The notes: a model not told the origin generated them from the sequence alone. A stretch of 64,000 nt of DNA from Oscillospiraceae bacterium (GCA_017410075.1 JAFQRK010000040.1:78-64077), one strand, 5' to 3'; positions 1-10,327 are shown, counted from the first letter of the stretch. Translations and numbers: made by a program.

Positions 1-1
1 G

Positions 2-1051
2 GTCGTAATTCCGGTATACAACCTCGAAAATTACATTGGCAGATGTCTGGATTCTCTGATGGATCAGGATATCGATCCTGCAAGCTATGAAATCATCTGT
101 ATCAACGACGGCTCCAAGGACGGCACCTACGATATCCTGGAAAGCTACAAGAATAAATATCCCAATATCAAGGTATTCCACGGTGAAAACCGGGGCGTTG
201 TCCTCGCCCGGTCTGCCGGTCTGGAAAAAGCAAGCGGAAAATACATCTGGTTTGTCGACGGCGATGACTGGATCGAAAAGAACTGCCTGAAATACCTGTG
301 CGATATTGTGCTGGCCGATGACAGCGATCTTCTCCTGTTCAAGGAAAAGCGGGTGTATGAATACTGCACATCCGATGTGGATCTTCAGGCCTACAAACCT
401 ACCTACTGCAGCGGCGGCTACCGCGTTTTCGACAGCCACTATACCACCGGTTCCGGTTTCTACTGGTTCCGTAAGGACATTCTGGATCAGTACAATATCC
501 GCTTCCGTCCGGATGTATATTACTCCGACGACACCCTGTTCATCGCCAAATTCAAGGCCAGATGCAGAAAAATGGCCCTCACAGAAGCACCGGTTTACTA
601 TTACTTCCAAAGAGCTGATTCCGTTTCCCATAAGGTCAATTACAGCCGGCATTGCGGATGTATGTATAAGCTGGCCAAGGAATACACTGCCCTGAAGCAA
701 ATGACCTTTGAAAACTACGATGGAACAGACACCAATGCCAGAATGGCAACCGCTGCGCTTCGCGCTATGCAATCGTGCGTGCGCAGTATGCTGATGTTCT
801 GCCAAGACAGAAAATTCCTGAAAGCGTTCCTGAAGCGCGCCAAAGCCGAGAAATTATACCCCTACGGCGTCGATTGGAAGCAATTCCGGATCGATAAGCG
901 GCAAAGCAGAAAGAACGATCTTCTTAACTGGATCTTTGGATTGACCTCCTTTGAGCCTTACTTGTGGCTCGTTTGGTGTTTGTGGACGCCAATGCGAAAG
1001 AAAGCAGGCGTTACCACCTACAACATGGAAGATTTTGAAGATAACTATTGA
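2..1051 (+). CDS. GT2 family glycosyltransferase, 5'-partial (begins before the window)
   Basis: The frame is open from base 2 (VVIPVYNLENYIGRCLDSLMDQ...). GT-A motifs INDGSKDG, ENRGVVLARSAG and FVDGDD. Confidence 0.9.
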   Translation, partial: VVIPVYNLENYIGRCLDSLMDQDIDPASYEIICINDGSKDGTYDILESYKNKYPNIKVFHGENRGVVLARSAGLEKASGKYIWFVDGDDWIEKNCLKYLCDIVLADDSDLLLFKEKRVYEYCTSDVDLQAYKPTYCSGGYRVFDSHYTTGSGFYWFRKDILDQYNIRFRPDVYYSDDTLFIAKFKARCRKMALTEAPVYYYFQRADSVSHKVNYSRHCGCMYKLAKEYTALKQMTFENYDGTDTNARMATAALRAMQSCVRSMLMFCQDRKFLKAFLKRAKAEKLYPYGVDWKQFRIDKRQSRKNDLLNWIFGLTSFEPYLWLVWCLWTPMRKKAGVTTYNMEDFEDNY

Positions 1052-1094
1052 GATAGTAACTATAGATAACAAAAATTGGTCAGGAGCGATATTT

Positions 1095-2147
1095 ATGAGC
1101 TTATTTAAAGACAAAACATTGATGATCACCGGAGGTACCGGTTCTTTCGGCAACGCGGTGCTGAACCGGTTTCTTCAGACCGATATCGGCGAGATCCGCA
1201 TCTTCTCCCGTGACGAGAAGAAGCAGGACGATATGCGCCACGAGTTCCAGGTGAAAATGCCTGAGGTGGCGGAGAAGATCAAGTTCTACATCGGCGATGT
1301 CCGGGATCTGGCTTCCGTGAAGAACGCAATGCACGGCGTTGACTACATTTTCCACGCCGCCGCCCTGAAGCAGGTCCCCTCCTGCGAGTTCTTCCCCATT
1401 GAGGCTGTCAAGACCAATGTCATCGGTACGGAAAATGTGCTGACCGCTGCCATCGAAGCCGGCGTGAAGAATGTGGTCTGCCTTTCTACCGACAAGGCCG
1501 CCTACCCCGTCAACGCCATGGGTACCTCCAAGGCGATGATGGAAAAGGTCATCGTTGCCAAGTCCAGAACAGTCAGCCCCGACAAGACCAAGATCTGCTG
1601 CACCCGTTACGGCAATGTGATGTGCTCCCGCGGCTCTGTGATCCCCCTGTGGATCGATCAGATCAAAAACGGCAACCCCATCACCATCACTGACGGCTCT
1701 ATGACCCGCTTCATTATGTCCCTGGACGAAGCCGTGGATCTTGTGCTGTTCGCCTTTGAAAACGGCGAGAGCGGCGATATCCTGGTACAGAAGGCACCTG
1801 CCTGCACCATCCAGACCCAGGCGGAGGCCGTTTGCGAGCTGTTCGGCGGCGACAAGAAGAACATCAAGGTCATCGGCATCCGCCACGGCGAAAAGATGTA
1901 CGAGACCCTGCTGACCAACGAGGAGTGCGCCAACGCCATTGATATGGGCGCATTCTACCGCGTGCCCTGCGACAAGCGCGGCTTGAACTACGACAAGTAT
2001 TTCAATCAGGGCGACGCCCAGCGCAATCCCCTGACGGAGTTTAACTCCCACAACACCCAGCTGCTGAATGTGGCCGAGACCAAGGCCAAGATCGCGTCTC
2101 TTGCGTATATTCAGGAAGAGCTGGCCGCCCTGGGACTGAAGCACTGA
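1095..2147 (+). CDS. fnlA: UDP-GlcNAc 4,6-dehydratase/5-epimerase (FnlA/CapE/WbjB type)
   Basis: MSLFKDKTLMITGGTGSFG, FSRDEKKQ, HAAALKQVPSCEF, STDKAAYPVNAMG, GIRHGEK. RBS AGGAG precedes ATG 1095. Confidence 0.9.
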   Translation: MSLFKDKTLMITGGTGSFGNAVLNRFLQTDIGEIRIFSRDEKKQDDMRHEFQVKMPEVAEKIKFYIGDVRDLASVKNAMHGVDYIFHAAALKQVPSCEFFPIEAVKTNVIGTENVLTAAIEAGVKNVVCLSTDKAAYPVNAMGTSKAMMEKVIVAKSRTVSPDKTKICCTRYGNVMCSRGSVIPLWIDQIKNGNPITITDGSMTRFIMSLDEAVDLVLFAFENGESGDILVQKAPACTIQTQAEAVCELFGGDKKNIKVIGIRHGEKMYETLLTNEECANAIDMGAFYRVPCDKRGLNYDKYFNQGDAQRNPLTEFNSHNTQLLNVAETKAKIASLAYIQEELAALGLKH

Positions 2148-2148
2148 T

Positions 2149-2769
2149 ATGACGGATGCATTTGTGATCGGCATTGCCGGCGGCAGCGGCTCCGGCAAAT
2201 CTACTTTTGCCAAGCGGCTGAAGGAACAGTTTCCTGAGGATATCGCGCTGGTCAGCTGCGATAACTATTACCTTGCCCGGCACGATATGCCCCTGGAGGA
2301 GCGTAAGCTTCAGAATTATGACTCTCCCGAAGCATTCGAGTTTGAGTTGATGATCCGGCAAATTCGGGAATTAAAGGCCGGCAAGGACATCGCCTGCCCC
2401 GTGTATGACTTTACCACCCACGACCGCAGCCAGCAGATCCTGCAGATCGTTGCCAAACCCGTGATCCTCATTGACGGTATTCTGATCTTTGTGGAGCCCC
2501 AGCTTCGGGAGCTGATGGATATGCGCATTTATGTGGAGACTGACGCGGATGAGCGCATTTTGCGCCGCGTGCGGCGGGATATGGTGGAGCGCGGCAGAGA
2601 TCTGGATGGCATCATCAATCAGTATCTGGCCACTGTCAAGCCTATGCACAACGCCTTCGTTGAGCCTACCAAGGCTTATGCGGATATCATCATCAACGGC
2701 GGTATGAACGACACCGCCTTCGATCTGGTAAAAAATAAAATCCAACAGCTTTTAGGAGAAGCAGTATGA
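2149..2769 (+). CDS. udk: Uridine kinase
   Basis: GIAGGSGSGKST P-loop, DNYY, NYDSPEAF, RRVRRDMVERGR, VKPMHNAFVEPTK. Confidence 0.9.
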   Translation: MTDAFVIGIAGGSGSGKSTFAKRLKEQFPEDIALVSCDNYYLARHDMPLEERKLQNYDSPEAFEFELMIRQIRELKAGKDIACPVYDFTTHDRSQQILQIVAKPVILIDGILIFVEPQLRELMDMRIYVETDADERILRRVRRDMVERGRDLDGIINQYLATVKPMHNAFVEPTKAYADIIINGGMNDTAFDLVKNKIQQLLGEAV

Positions 2770-3962
2770 ACATTCTCATTACCGGTGCCAAGGGCTTTGT
2801 GGGACGGAATCTGGTCGAGACCCTGAAGACCGTCCGTGACGGCAAAAACCGTACCCGCGCCCTGAAAATTGATGAAATTTACGAATACGATCTGGACACT
2901 GATCCTGCCCTTTTGGACGAATTCTGCGCAAAGGCGGATTTCGTATTCAATCTGGCCGGTGTCAACCGCCCCCCAAATCCCGAGGAGTTTATGCAGGGCA
3001 ATTTCGGCTTTGCCTCCAGGCTGCTGGATACATTAATAAAACACAACAACACCTGCCCCGTTATGATCTCCTCCTCCATTCAGGCCACCTGCATTGGCCG
3101 CTATGACAGCGACTACGGCAGAAGCAAAAAGGCCGGTGAGGAGCTGATGTTCTCCTATGGCAAGGAAACCGGTACCAAGGTTCTGGTATACCGCTTCCCC
3201 AATCTGTTCGGCAAGTGGTGCAGACCCAATTATAACAGCGCTGTTGCCACCTTCTGCAACAACATTGCCTGCGACCTGCCCATCACCGTCAATGACCGCA
3301 GCATCCTGCTGGAGCTGCTGTATATCGACGATCTGGTGGAAGAAATGCTGGATGCTCTGGAAGGCAAGGAGCATCGCTGTGAGTTTAACGGCATTGATAC
3401 TGTGCTGTGCGACAGCGGCACATACTGCGCCGCCCCCATCACCCACAAGGTAACCTTGGGTGAGATCGTGGATCTGCTGGAAAGCTTCAAAGCGCAGCCC
3501 AATACGCTGGTAATGCCCGAGATCCCTGCCGGCAGCTTTGCCAAGAAGCTGTACGCCACTTACTTAAGCTATCTGCCCAAGGAAAAGGTCAGCTTCCCCC
3601 TGAAAATGAATGTGGATGCCCGTGGCAGCTTCACCGAGCTGCTAAAGACCGAAAAATGCGGCCAGTTCAGCATCAACATCTCCAATCCCGGCATCACCAA
3701 GGGTCAGCATTGGCACCACACCAAATGGGAGTTTTTCATTGTGGTGGCCGGTCACGGTCTGATCCAGCAGCGCAAGGTCGGCACGGATGAGGTGCTGAAT
3801 TTTGAAGTAAGCGGCGAGAAGATCGAAGCCGTCCATATGCTGCCCGGCTATACCCACAACATCATCAATCTGTCCGATACAGAAAATCTGGTGACCGTAA
3901 TGTGGGCAAACGAACAGTTCGACCCCAACCATCCGGATACATTCTTTGAAATCGTGGAATAA
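2766..3962 (+). CDS. fnlB: UDP-4-keto-sugar 3-epimerase/reductase (FnlB/CapF: SDR plus cupin domain)
   Basis: ITGAKGFVG, NLAGVNRP, NLFGKWCRPNYNS; cupin motifs DARGSFTE and GQHWHHTK. Confidence 0.9.
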   Translation: MNILITGAKGFVGRNLVETLKTVRDGKNRTRALKIDEIYEYDLDTDPALLDEFCAKADFVFNLAGVNRPPNPEEFMQGNFGFASRLLDTLIKHNNTCPVMISSSIQATCIGRYDSDYGRSKKAGEELMFSYGKETGTKVLVYRFPNLFGKWCRPNYNSAVATFCNNIACDLPITVNDRSILLELLYIDDLVEEMLDALEGKEHRCEFNGIDTVLCDSGTYCAAPITHKVTLGEIVDLLESFKAQPNTLVMPEIPAGSFAKKLYATYLSYLPKEKVSFPLKMNVDARGSFTELLKTEKCGQFSINISNPGITKGQHWHHTKWEFFIVVAGHGLIQQRKVGTDEVLNFEVSGEKIEAVHMLPGYTHNIINLSDTENLVTVMWANEQFDPNHPDTFFEIVE

Positions 3963-3992
3963 AAAAGAAGCGCCCTCCGGCGCTTCTTTTTT
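3961..3992. terminator. Bidirectional intrinsic terminator
   Basis: AAAAAAGAAGCGCC-ctcc-GGCGCTTCTTTTTT between convergent genes. Confidence 0.85.
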
Positions 3993-4410
3993 ACTTTTGA
4001 TTAAATTTTCTCAGAGTTTCCTTTAAGAATGTGGAAGATGTCCCCTTGGTGTAGGGAAAATATACGATCTCAACGCCGTGGGGCTTGAACTGCTTCTCCA
4101 ACTGTGTGAACAGGGCAGAGCCTTTCCAGTCGTCGCCCACAAACATCTTGTGAAATTTCAGCCGCTCCCAGGCGGCGAACTTCTCCCGATCCTTTTGAGG
4201 CACCACCTCGTCTACATAGCGGATAGCCTTAACGATCTCGCAGCGCTCCTCAAAGCTGATGATGGGGCGCTTATTTTTGTACTGCTCCACCAGCTCATCG
4301 GTGCTGACGCCAACGATCAGATAATCGCACTGTTCCTTTGCCCGGCGCAGAATATTTAAATGTCCGATGTGGAACAGATCAAACACACCGGTCGTGTATC
4401 CAATGATCAT
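3991..4410 (-). CDS. tagD: Glycerol-3-phosphate cytidylyltransferase-like (TagD family)
   Basis: MIIGYTTGVFDLFHIGH (HxGH motif), VGVSTDE, VGDDWKG, YTKGTSST. ATGA overlap with the upstream gene. Confidence 0.8.
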   Translation of the reverse strand: MIIGYTTGVFDLFHIGHLNILRRAKEQCDYLIVGVSTDELVEQYKNKRPIISFEERCEIVKAIRYVDEVVPQKDREKFAAWERLKFHKMFVGDDWKGSALFTQLEKQFKPHGVEIVYFPYTKGTSSTFLKETLRKFNQK

Positions 4411-5426
4411 ACTTTTCTTCCTCTCAGTTTCTTTCTCATAATTGCCGCCAGTTGGATCAGGCTGTCCAGCTTCCTGACCCATACGGCAAGTGTGGGCGAA
4501 AGCAGATTCAGCCGCAGACAGACTCGCAGCACCCAATCGGCATTCTTATAGTATTTGCATTTGGAAAAGTCGGGGCACTCCGCCTTGATTGCGTCCGCGA
4601 TCCTGCGTAGCTGGCTTTTATCCGGCTTGTCAAAGCGGTCAAGGCACACATATCGGATATTACCCATCTGCATGGTGATGTACTTATAGTCAATCAGGTC
4701 CTTATTTATAATGTATACGCCCCTTGCCTTACAGTCCGCCATGATCAGGCTGGGAATGGCGATACGCTCGTACTGATGGGTGCCGTTCTGCCGCACGGTA
4801 GAATCGGGGCTCTGGTAATAATGGTAGTATTGCCCCCCTGCCTTTACGCAGCTTCCGGCATACAGTGCCGTCATAAAGTTAAAGTAGGCATCTTCGTAGT
4901 AGGTGTTCTCCGGAAAACGCAGGTCGTGCTCTTTCAAGAAATCCCGACGGTAGATTCTACTCCAGAAATAGCCGCAGCCGGAAAGGAACACCGCCTTTTT
5001 CTCCGGTGTCATTTCCGTTCCTTCGCCGTAATTGAGTCGCACATCCTGCAGCGCGCCGTCCCGGTCGATCCAGTAATCCGCGCCGCACATATCCGAACCG
5101 GCTGCAGCTTCATACAGCGCCCGGCACATATCCGGCTCTATAAAATCATCCGAATCCACGAAGGCGATATACTCGCCGATGGCGATCCCCATGCCCCGAT
5201 TCCGCGCACCGCCCTGGCGGATATTCTCATCCAGATACAGACAGCGCACCTTTCCGGGATTCCGGCTTTCATAGTCAGACATCAGCTTCCGGCTGGCGTC
5301 TGCGGAAGCGTCATCCACCAGAATGATCTCGATCTCCTGCAGGGTTTGTGCCAGCAGGGAATCCACGCACTTATGCAAATATTTTTCCGCGTTGTGTACC
5401 GGAACAATAATGCTTACTTTGATCAT
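4407..5426 (-). CDS. GT2 glycosyltransferase
   Basis: SIIVPVHN, VDDASAD, GGARNRG, FVDSDD, YYED. Confidence 0.9.
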   Translation of the reverse strand: MIKVSIIVPVHNAEKYLHKCVDSLLAQTLQEIEIILVDDASADASRKLMSDYESRNPGKVRCLYLDENIRQGGARNRGMGIAIGEYIAFVDSDDFIEPDMCRALYEAAAGSDMCGADYWIDRDGALQDVRLNYGEGTEMTPEKKAVFLSGCGYFWSRIYRRDFLKEHDLRFPENTYYEDAYFNFMTALYAGSCVKAGGQYYHYYQSPDSTVRQNGTHQYERIAIPSLIMADCKARGVYIINKDLIDYKYITMQMGNIRYVCLDRFDKPDKSQLRRIADAIKAECPDFSKCKYYKNADWVLRVCLRLNLLSPTLAVWVRKLDSLIQLAAIMRKKLRGRKV

Positions 5427-6553
5427 TTCTGACACACCTTTTCGATCCATTTTGCTGCTTCCCGGGCAGCTGTTCCCTGCTCATAATTGCCAATCCGCTC
5501 CAGAAATGCCGCACACTTTGCTTCATAATCCGCAAAATCTGCCACCGCGCTGCACAGCGCATCCATATCCGTCGCCTTTGGAAACGGCAGCTCCTCCAAC
5601 CGGAAGTACAAACCCCGCTCTCTGGACATATATTCCTCCAGGTCCGGCACATACAGCGCACATTTCTTCCCTGCAACCGCCATATCGAACATAGAGGAGG
5701 AATAGTCGGTGATCAGCAGATCGCAGGCTCTCAAAAGCTCCTGCATATCGGGGTATTTGCTCATGGGGATAGCTGTACCCTCCGGAATTTCCGCATTCAG
5801 ATTGGGATGCAAACGGCAGCCAACGACCCAATCCTGCCCCAGACTCTCCTGCAGCTTTTCCGGCTGGAATCCATACAAGGATGCCGATTTATCATCCCGG
5901 AAGGTAGGCGCATACAGCGCCAGCTTTTTACCGTCAGGAATGCCAAAATAGGCATAGACCTTTTCCTTAACCGCCGCATTGTCACCAAAAAAGCCATCGC
6001 ATCGGGGCGTTCCCTTTTCCAGGATCTCCCCGTCGTACCAAAATGCCCGGCGGAAGATATCCGTACTGAATCGGCAGCCGGACAGCAGCAGGTCGATCTT
6101 TTGCGAGTCCTGCCTGGCGGCGGCAATATAGCTTTCCGGCAGCTGCGGCACATCGCCCTCGATCTTCTTCAGCCGCAGAGAGCTGTGCCAGGTCTGGATG
6201 TAAAACTGGCCCTTGCGCTTGCGGAAGAAATGGTAATCGCCGGTACGGTGATTGCACACAACCACCTTGGCCGTGGCGATCTCCTTCAGATATTCCAGAG
6301 AGAAATATCGCACAACGCGGATCCCGGCAGGCAGGTCCGCGGGGATCGGTCTTTCCCGTTCCAACACCCAAACGATATCGTACTGTTTAGGAAAATACTC
6401 CGCCAGATACAGCGCAATGTACTTGGGGCTGCAGCCGAAGGTCTTAAAATTATCCGACCAGAGGAGAATCTTATTCTGTTGTATCGGAAGCGCGCAGCAA
6501 TAGGCCAAATACGCCTTGTGCCGCAGGGATTTGATTTTATGTATTACTTGCAA
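5423..6553 (-). CDS. CDP-glycerol glycerophosphotransferase (TagB/TagF family)
   Basis: SPKYIA, YIQTWH, GTPRCD, LYAPTFRD, RLHP, LITDYSSSMFD. Confidence 0.9.
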   Translation of the reverse strand: MQVIHKIKSLRHKAYLAYCCALPIQQNKILLWSDNFKTFGCSPKYIALYLAEYFPKQYDIVWVLERERPIPADLPAGIRVVRYFSLEYLKEIATAKVVVCNHRTGDYHFFRKRKGQFYIQTWHSSLRLKKIEGDVPQLPESYIAAARQDSQKIDLLLSGCRFSTDIFRRAFWYDGEILEKGTPRCDGFFGDNAAVKEKVYAYFGIPDGKKLALYAPTFRDDKSASLYGFQPEKLQESLGQDWVVGCRLHPNLNAEIPEGTAIPMSKYPDMQELLRACDLLITDYSSSMFDMAVAGKKCALYVPDLEEYMSRERGLYFRLEELPFPKATDMDALCSAVADFADYEAKCAAFLERIGNYEQGTAAREAAKWIEKVCQK

Positions 6554-7527
6554 CCTTTTATTCTCCTGATCATTTTTTGAATGGGCTCAAAATCATTAGA
6601 AAGCACCCATTGTTTGCCCTTTTTTCTTTTCAATCGCAGCAAATAGAATTTGTCGTATTTGCTGGCGTATTTTTTCATTGTTCCCATATTCTGCAGCAGC
6701 AGGTCTATGCCCTGCTGAACTGCCTGCGCATCGTCCTGCCGATACATCTGGCAGAGGATGTTCTTGGAGAATCCCAGAAATGTTTGCGCGCATATTGCCT
6801 CCATTTCCGGCATTTTCACAGGGAGGTATGCCAACCGATCCGCCAGAGCCTTCTGCTTATCCAGCATCTTTTTGTGGCTCTCGCCGGTGATGATGCTGTT
6901 TTCCCGCTTGACATAGTGGTACAGAATGTCCTTTGTTTCTACAATTTTCGCGGCCTTCAGACAAACCTTATAGGTCTGCATTTCGTCCTCGTAGACATGC
7001 CCTGCCGGAAAACGAATATCCTCCCACAGCTCTGCGCGATAGATTTTGCTCCACAAAGCAACCTGATTGGTATACTCGCCGCCCTGCTTGGTAAACATAC
7101 GCCGCACAAAGTCCGCGCCATCCAAAATCTCTGTTTTGTCGCTTCGTGGGGCAGCATTGAGCGCACCCAAACGGTCGTGCTGACATTGTACAATATCCGC
7201 TTCATACTTTTCTGCCAGCAGCAGCATCCGCTGGAACATATCCGCCTCGATAATATCGTCAGAATCCACCCAGCCGACAAATTCGCCCCGGGCGGCATTC
7301 AAGCCTGCATTTCTGGCAGCAGATACGCCGGCATTTTCCTGATGGATCACCCGCACACGACTGTCCACAGCAGCAAAAGCATCGCACAATTCTGCGCTTC
7401 CATCACTGGCGCCGTCATCCACCAATATCAGTTCAAAATCCCGAAATGTCTGATTCAGCACGGAGTTGACTGTATCCTCCAGCCACTGCCGTACATTATA
7501 CACCGGGATGATAATACTCAGCTTCAC
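6544..7527 (-). CDS. GT2 glycosyltransferase
   Basis: SIIIPVYN, VDDGASDG, HQENAGVSAARNAG, WVDSDD. GTG start is inferred. Confidence 0.9.
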   Translation of the reverse strand: MKLSIIIPVYNVRQWLEDTVNSVLNQTFRDFELILVDDGASDGSAELCDAFAAVDSRVRVIHQENAGVSAARNAGLNAARGEFVGWVDSDDIIEADMFQRMLLLAEKYEADIVQCQHDRLGALNAAPRSDKTEILDGADFVRRMFTKQGGEYTNQVALWSKIYRAELWEDIRFPAGHVYEDEMQTYKVCLKAAKIVETKDILYHYVKRENSIITGESHKKMLDKQKALADRLAYLPVKMPEMEAICAQTFLGFSKNILCQMYRQDDAQAVQQGIDLLLQNMGTMKKYASKYDKFYLLRLKRKKGKQWVLSNDFEPIQKMIRRIKGCK

Positions 7528-7531
7528 GCAA

Positions 7532-7854
7532 TCACTTCCAAGTAACATTCTCTCGGATTACCCTTGCCGGAACACCAGCCACGATTGTATTGGCAGGAAC
7601 ATATCGTTTATGCCACACAAAAGCTTGTGATGGCGCATCCGCAAATGAAATACGCTGCGAAATTCTTTTTGGGTCAGAAGACAGTAGTTCATAAGAAGCA
7701 CAGGGGAGCTGTGCTTCTCTTTGAAGTGGGACCACTTCAAATTTCGTGCTACATCCGCATCTACCAATTCTTTAATGGGCTTTCCGCTGAACGCGTACAG
7801 CACATCCGCCACCGCACAGCGCCACATATTCAAATACAAACAAAATGGTTTCAT
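7532..7854 (-). pseudogene. Internally deleted hexapeptide-repeat (CysE/LbH) O-acetyltransferase remnant
   Basis: A CysE-like helical N-terminus (DADVAR...EFRSVFHLRM...DMFLP) joins out of frame to an LbH C-terminal motif (VPANTIVAGVPARVIRENVTWK). The beta-helix is absent. Confidence 0.75.
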
Positions 7855-7883
7855 ATGTATTCCCTTCCGGGGCTGTAATGATT

Positions 7884-8657
7884 TTACTTCCCCAGCTTCT
7901 TTTTCAGCTTTTCCATTGCATCGTCGCCAAATAATTTGCGAAATGCCTTCTGGGGCAGGATCTTCGCCTGCTCCCAAGCGCGATACCACCGTCTCTGATG
8001 CCGCTTCACCCGGGCAAAATCCTTCTTCGCCTTCTCAGTGCGCCAAGTAGAGGTGAAGTGGTGAATCGCGTGGGTGTCCGCCGTGATCTTCTTTTCAATT
8101 TCCACAACACTTAACGGACAAAACCAAGTTTGCGGATAGATGATCATACCGTCTATATTCTGCAAAGAATCGTCCATCCGCAAGCCTCTTTCCTTAAGAT
8201 CGGCGGTCATGAAGGAAACATTGGGATCCATATTGGGCTTCCCGTCGATCAAATACGGACGATCTTTGTACCAATCCAACCAGCCTTTTATCACCGGTTG
8301 CCCGGCTTGCGCTGCAATAATTCCGGTGGGAGCAGTCACAGCACTTTCAAAGCCGGAGAACGCATCGTGTTCCAGGAAACGGTCAATAGGCTGCACTAAT
8401 TCCACATCCGCATCCATATACACGCCGCCTTGCTCATACAAGGCCTTTAAACGCACATAGTCTGTAACGAAAGCGAATTTTCTCGCTTCGTACGCCTGCT
8501 TTGTCCAGATATTCGAATTCACATCAAAGGTGTCCTCGTTCCAAAGTACGACCTTCCAGCCGGGGCAAAACTTACTCCAGCTCTTGATGCACTTTTTCAT
8601 CAATTTCGGCATCTCGCCCCTGCCAAACCAGCAGTAGTGGATAATCTTGGGGATCAT
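7884..8657 (-). CDS. GT32 (DXD, Och1-like) glycosyltransferase
   Basis: MIPKIIHYCWFG, AFVTDYVRL, GGVYMDADVE. Confidence 0.9.
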   Translation of the reverse strand: MIPKIIHYCWFGRGEMPKLMKKCIKSWSKFCPGWKVVLWNEDTFDVNSNIWTKQAYEARKFAFVTDYVRLKALYEQGGVYMDADVELVQPIDRFLEHDAFSGFESAVTAPTGIIAAQAGQPVIKGWLDWYKDRPYLIDGKPNMDPNVSFMTADLKERGLRMDDSLQNIDGMIIYPQTWFCPLSVVEIEKKITADTHAIHHFTSTWRTEKAKKDFARVKRHQRRWYRAWEQAKILPQKAFRKLFGDDAMEKLKKKLGK

Positions 8658-9631
8658 ACTTCGTCTCCTCCGTGCACCTGCATATAAAATCGTCTTGCTA
8701 TTTTCGGGCTAAGCAAAAACAGCGTATAGGCAATTTTCTCTCTTATGCAAAGTCCCTTCGCCCGAATATATCGGGGGAACAATTTGCGACAGGTCTTGAT
8801 ATAAGGCTTCAGCGCGGCCATCAACTCCGGCTTCTCAGCTTCAACCTTATAATAGTATTTCAGCACCCGCAATAGGAATTCCTTCCTGAAATGGTCAGCC
8901 TGCACACTGCCTCTTTCCGCAAAGAACTCTGCCTGATAACGGCTCACCTCTATGTAGGCAAAGCTTTTCTCGGTCAAACCTGAGCGCGTTACGCTGCCCG
9001 GGGTTATGCGCCAATGATAAAGTTTTGCTTCGCTTCTTGCGATTTTTTCTGCGCGCTCCAAAATATGCGGCAACGACATGGAGTCTTCTTCAATGAAGCC
9101 TTCCGGGATTCGCAGCCCGTCAAAAATTTCCTTTTTGAACAGCTTCATACATAGAGAAATCAGGCTGACTTTCCGGCAATGCTCTGCAAAATTCGCCAGC
9201 ATTTCCGTGCCATCAAGCAGCGCATACTCCGTCTGCGGCTCGCCGGCAAACCATTCTCCTTCTTCTGTGAAGAAGTCATAATAGCACATAGCAAAATCCG
9301 CATCTGTTTTTTGCTGCAGCGCCAGCAGAAACTCCAGATACTGCGGATGCACACAGTCATCACCGTCAATGAAGGCGATGAAATCTCCCTTTGCCGCGTC
9401 CAAACCAGCATTCCGGGCAGTAGCTGCACCGCCGTTTTCCTTGTGGATCACCCGAATACGGGTATCCGTTGCGGCCAATGCGTCGCAGCTCTCGCCGCTG
9501 CGGTCAGGACTGCCATCGTCCACCAGGATCAGCTCGAAATCGCCGTAGGTCTGGGCAAGAATGCTACTAACGCAGCTCTCTATGTACTTTTCCGCCTTAT
9601 ACACCGGCACGATTACACTGATCGTTGGCAC
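8654..9631 (-). CDS. GT2 glycosyltransferase
   Basis: SVIVPVYK, VDDGSPD, HKENGG, FIDGDD. Confidence 0.9.
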   Translation of the reverse strand: MPTISVIVPVYKAEKYIESCVSSILAQTYGDFELILVDDGSPDRSGESCDALAATDTRIRVIHKENGGAATARNAGLDAAKGDFIAFIDGDDCVHPQYLEFLLALQQKTDADFAMCYYDFFTEEGEWFAGEPQTEYALLDGTEMLANFAEHCRKVSLISLCMKLFKKEIFDGLRIPEGFIEEDSMSLPHILERAEKIARSEAKLYHWRITPGSVTRSGLTEKSFAYIEVSRYQAEFFAERGSVQADHFRKEFLLRVLKYYYKVEAEKPELMAALKPYIKTCRKLFPRYIRAKGLCIREKIAYTLFLLSPKIARRFYMQVHGGDEV

Positions 9632-9637
9632 AACAGC

Positions 9638-10327
9638 TCACTCCTCAAAATATTCGGTCGATAAATAGCTTTCCCACCAAGAGCACCATTTTTCCAGCAT
9701 ATTAATCTGGGACGGATAGCAAGTTTTAATCGCAGAATACTTTTCCTCCACAGCAAGTGCCGCCAACCTTCCGTCCCCTTTTTCTGGAACAGCAACAGCT
9801 GTAGTAATTATTCTGCAGCCTTCAAACGCCTTTTCAACACCGTTGCTCACCGCATAGTGATGTGGATGCCCTGATTCGCCGCTTGCACTGTGGGTATAAA
9901 CAGTCGTAACGGAAGGTAGCTTGTTTCTAATTTTCTTCAGCTTGGCAGCCATCCTCCACCGCCACACAAATGTTAGCCCAGGCACATCCGGAAAATTCAG
10001 CATAATTCCTTCAACGCCCCAAAAAGCCAATGCCTTTTCAAATTCTTCTTTTCGCACCTTATGTCCTCGATTAGATGCGCAAACAACAAAAGGTTTCTTG
10101 CTTTTAAGAATGGAGCTAAAGAATATAGTTTCATCGTCAGGATGAGCACAAACAACAATGCTCTGTGCTTTCTCTCTCCCTACAATCCTCCATCTATGTC
10201 TACAAAACCACCCTCGCACCCAGATCTTGATGTGATTAAAAGTTCTGTTGAAACGGTAAGTCCAATTTTTAAGTTTACCCACTGTCTTCCAGTAGATAAC
10301 TCCAAGCTTGTGCTTTAGTTTTTTCAT
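9638..10327 (-). CDS. PIG-L/LmbE family de-N-acetylase
   Basis: Zn-binding motifs AHPDDE and GHPHH, with R-x-x-E and YPSQ. Confidence 0.8.
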   Translation of the reverse strand: MKKLKHKLGVIYWKTVGKLKNWTYRFNRTFNHIKIWVRGWFCRHRWRIVGREKAQSIVVCAHPDDETIFFSSILKSKKPFVVCASNRGHKVRKEEFEKALAFWGVEGIMLNFPDVPGLTFVWRWRMAAKLKKIRNKLPSVTTVYTHSASGESGHPHHYAVSNGVEKAFEGCRIITTAVAVPEKGDGRLAALAVEEKYSAIKTCYPSQINMLEKWCSWWESYLSTEYFEE

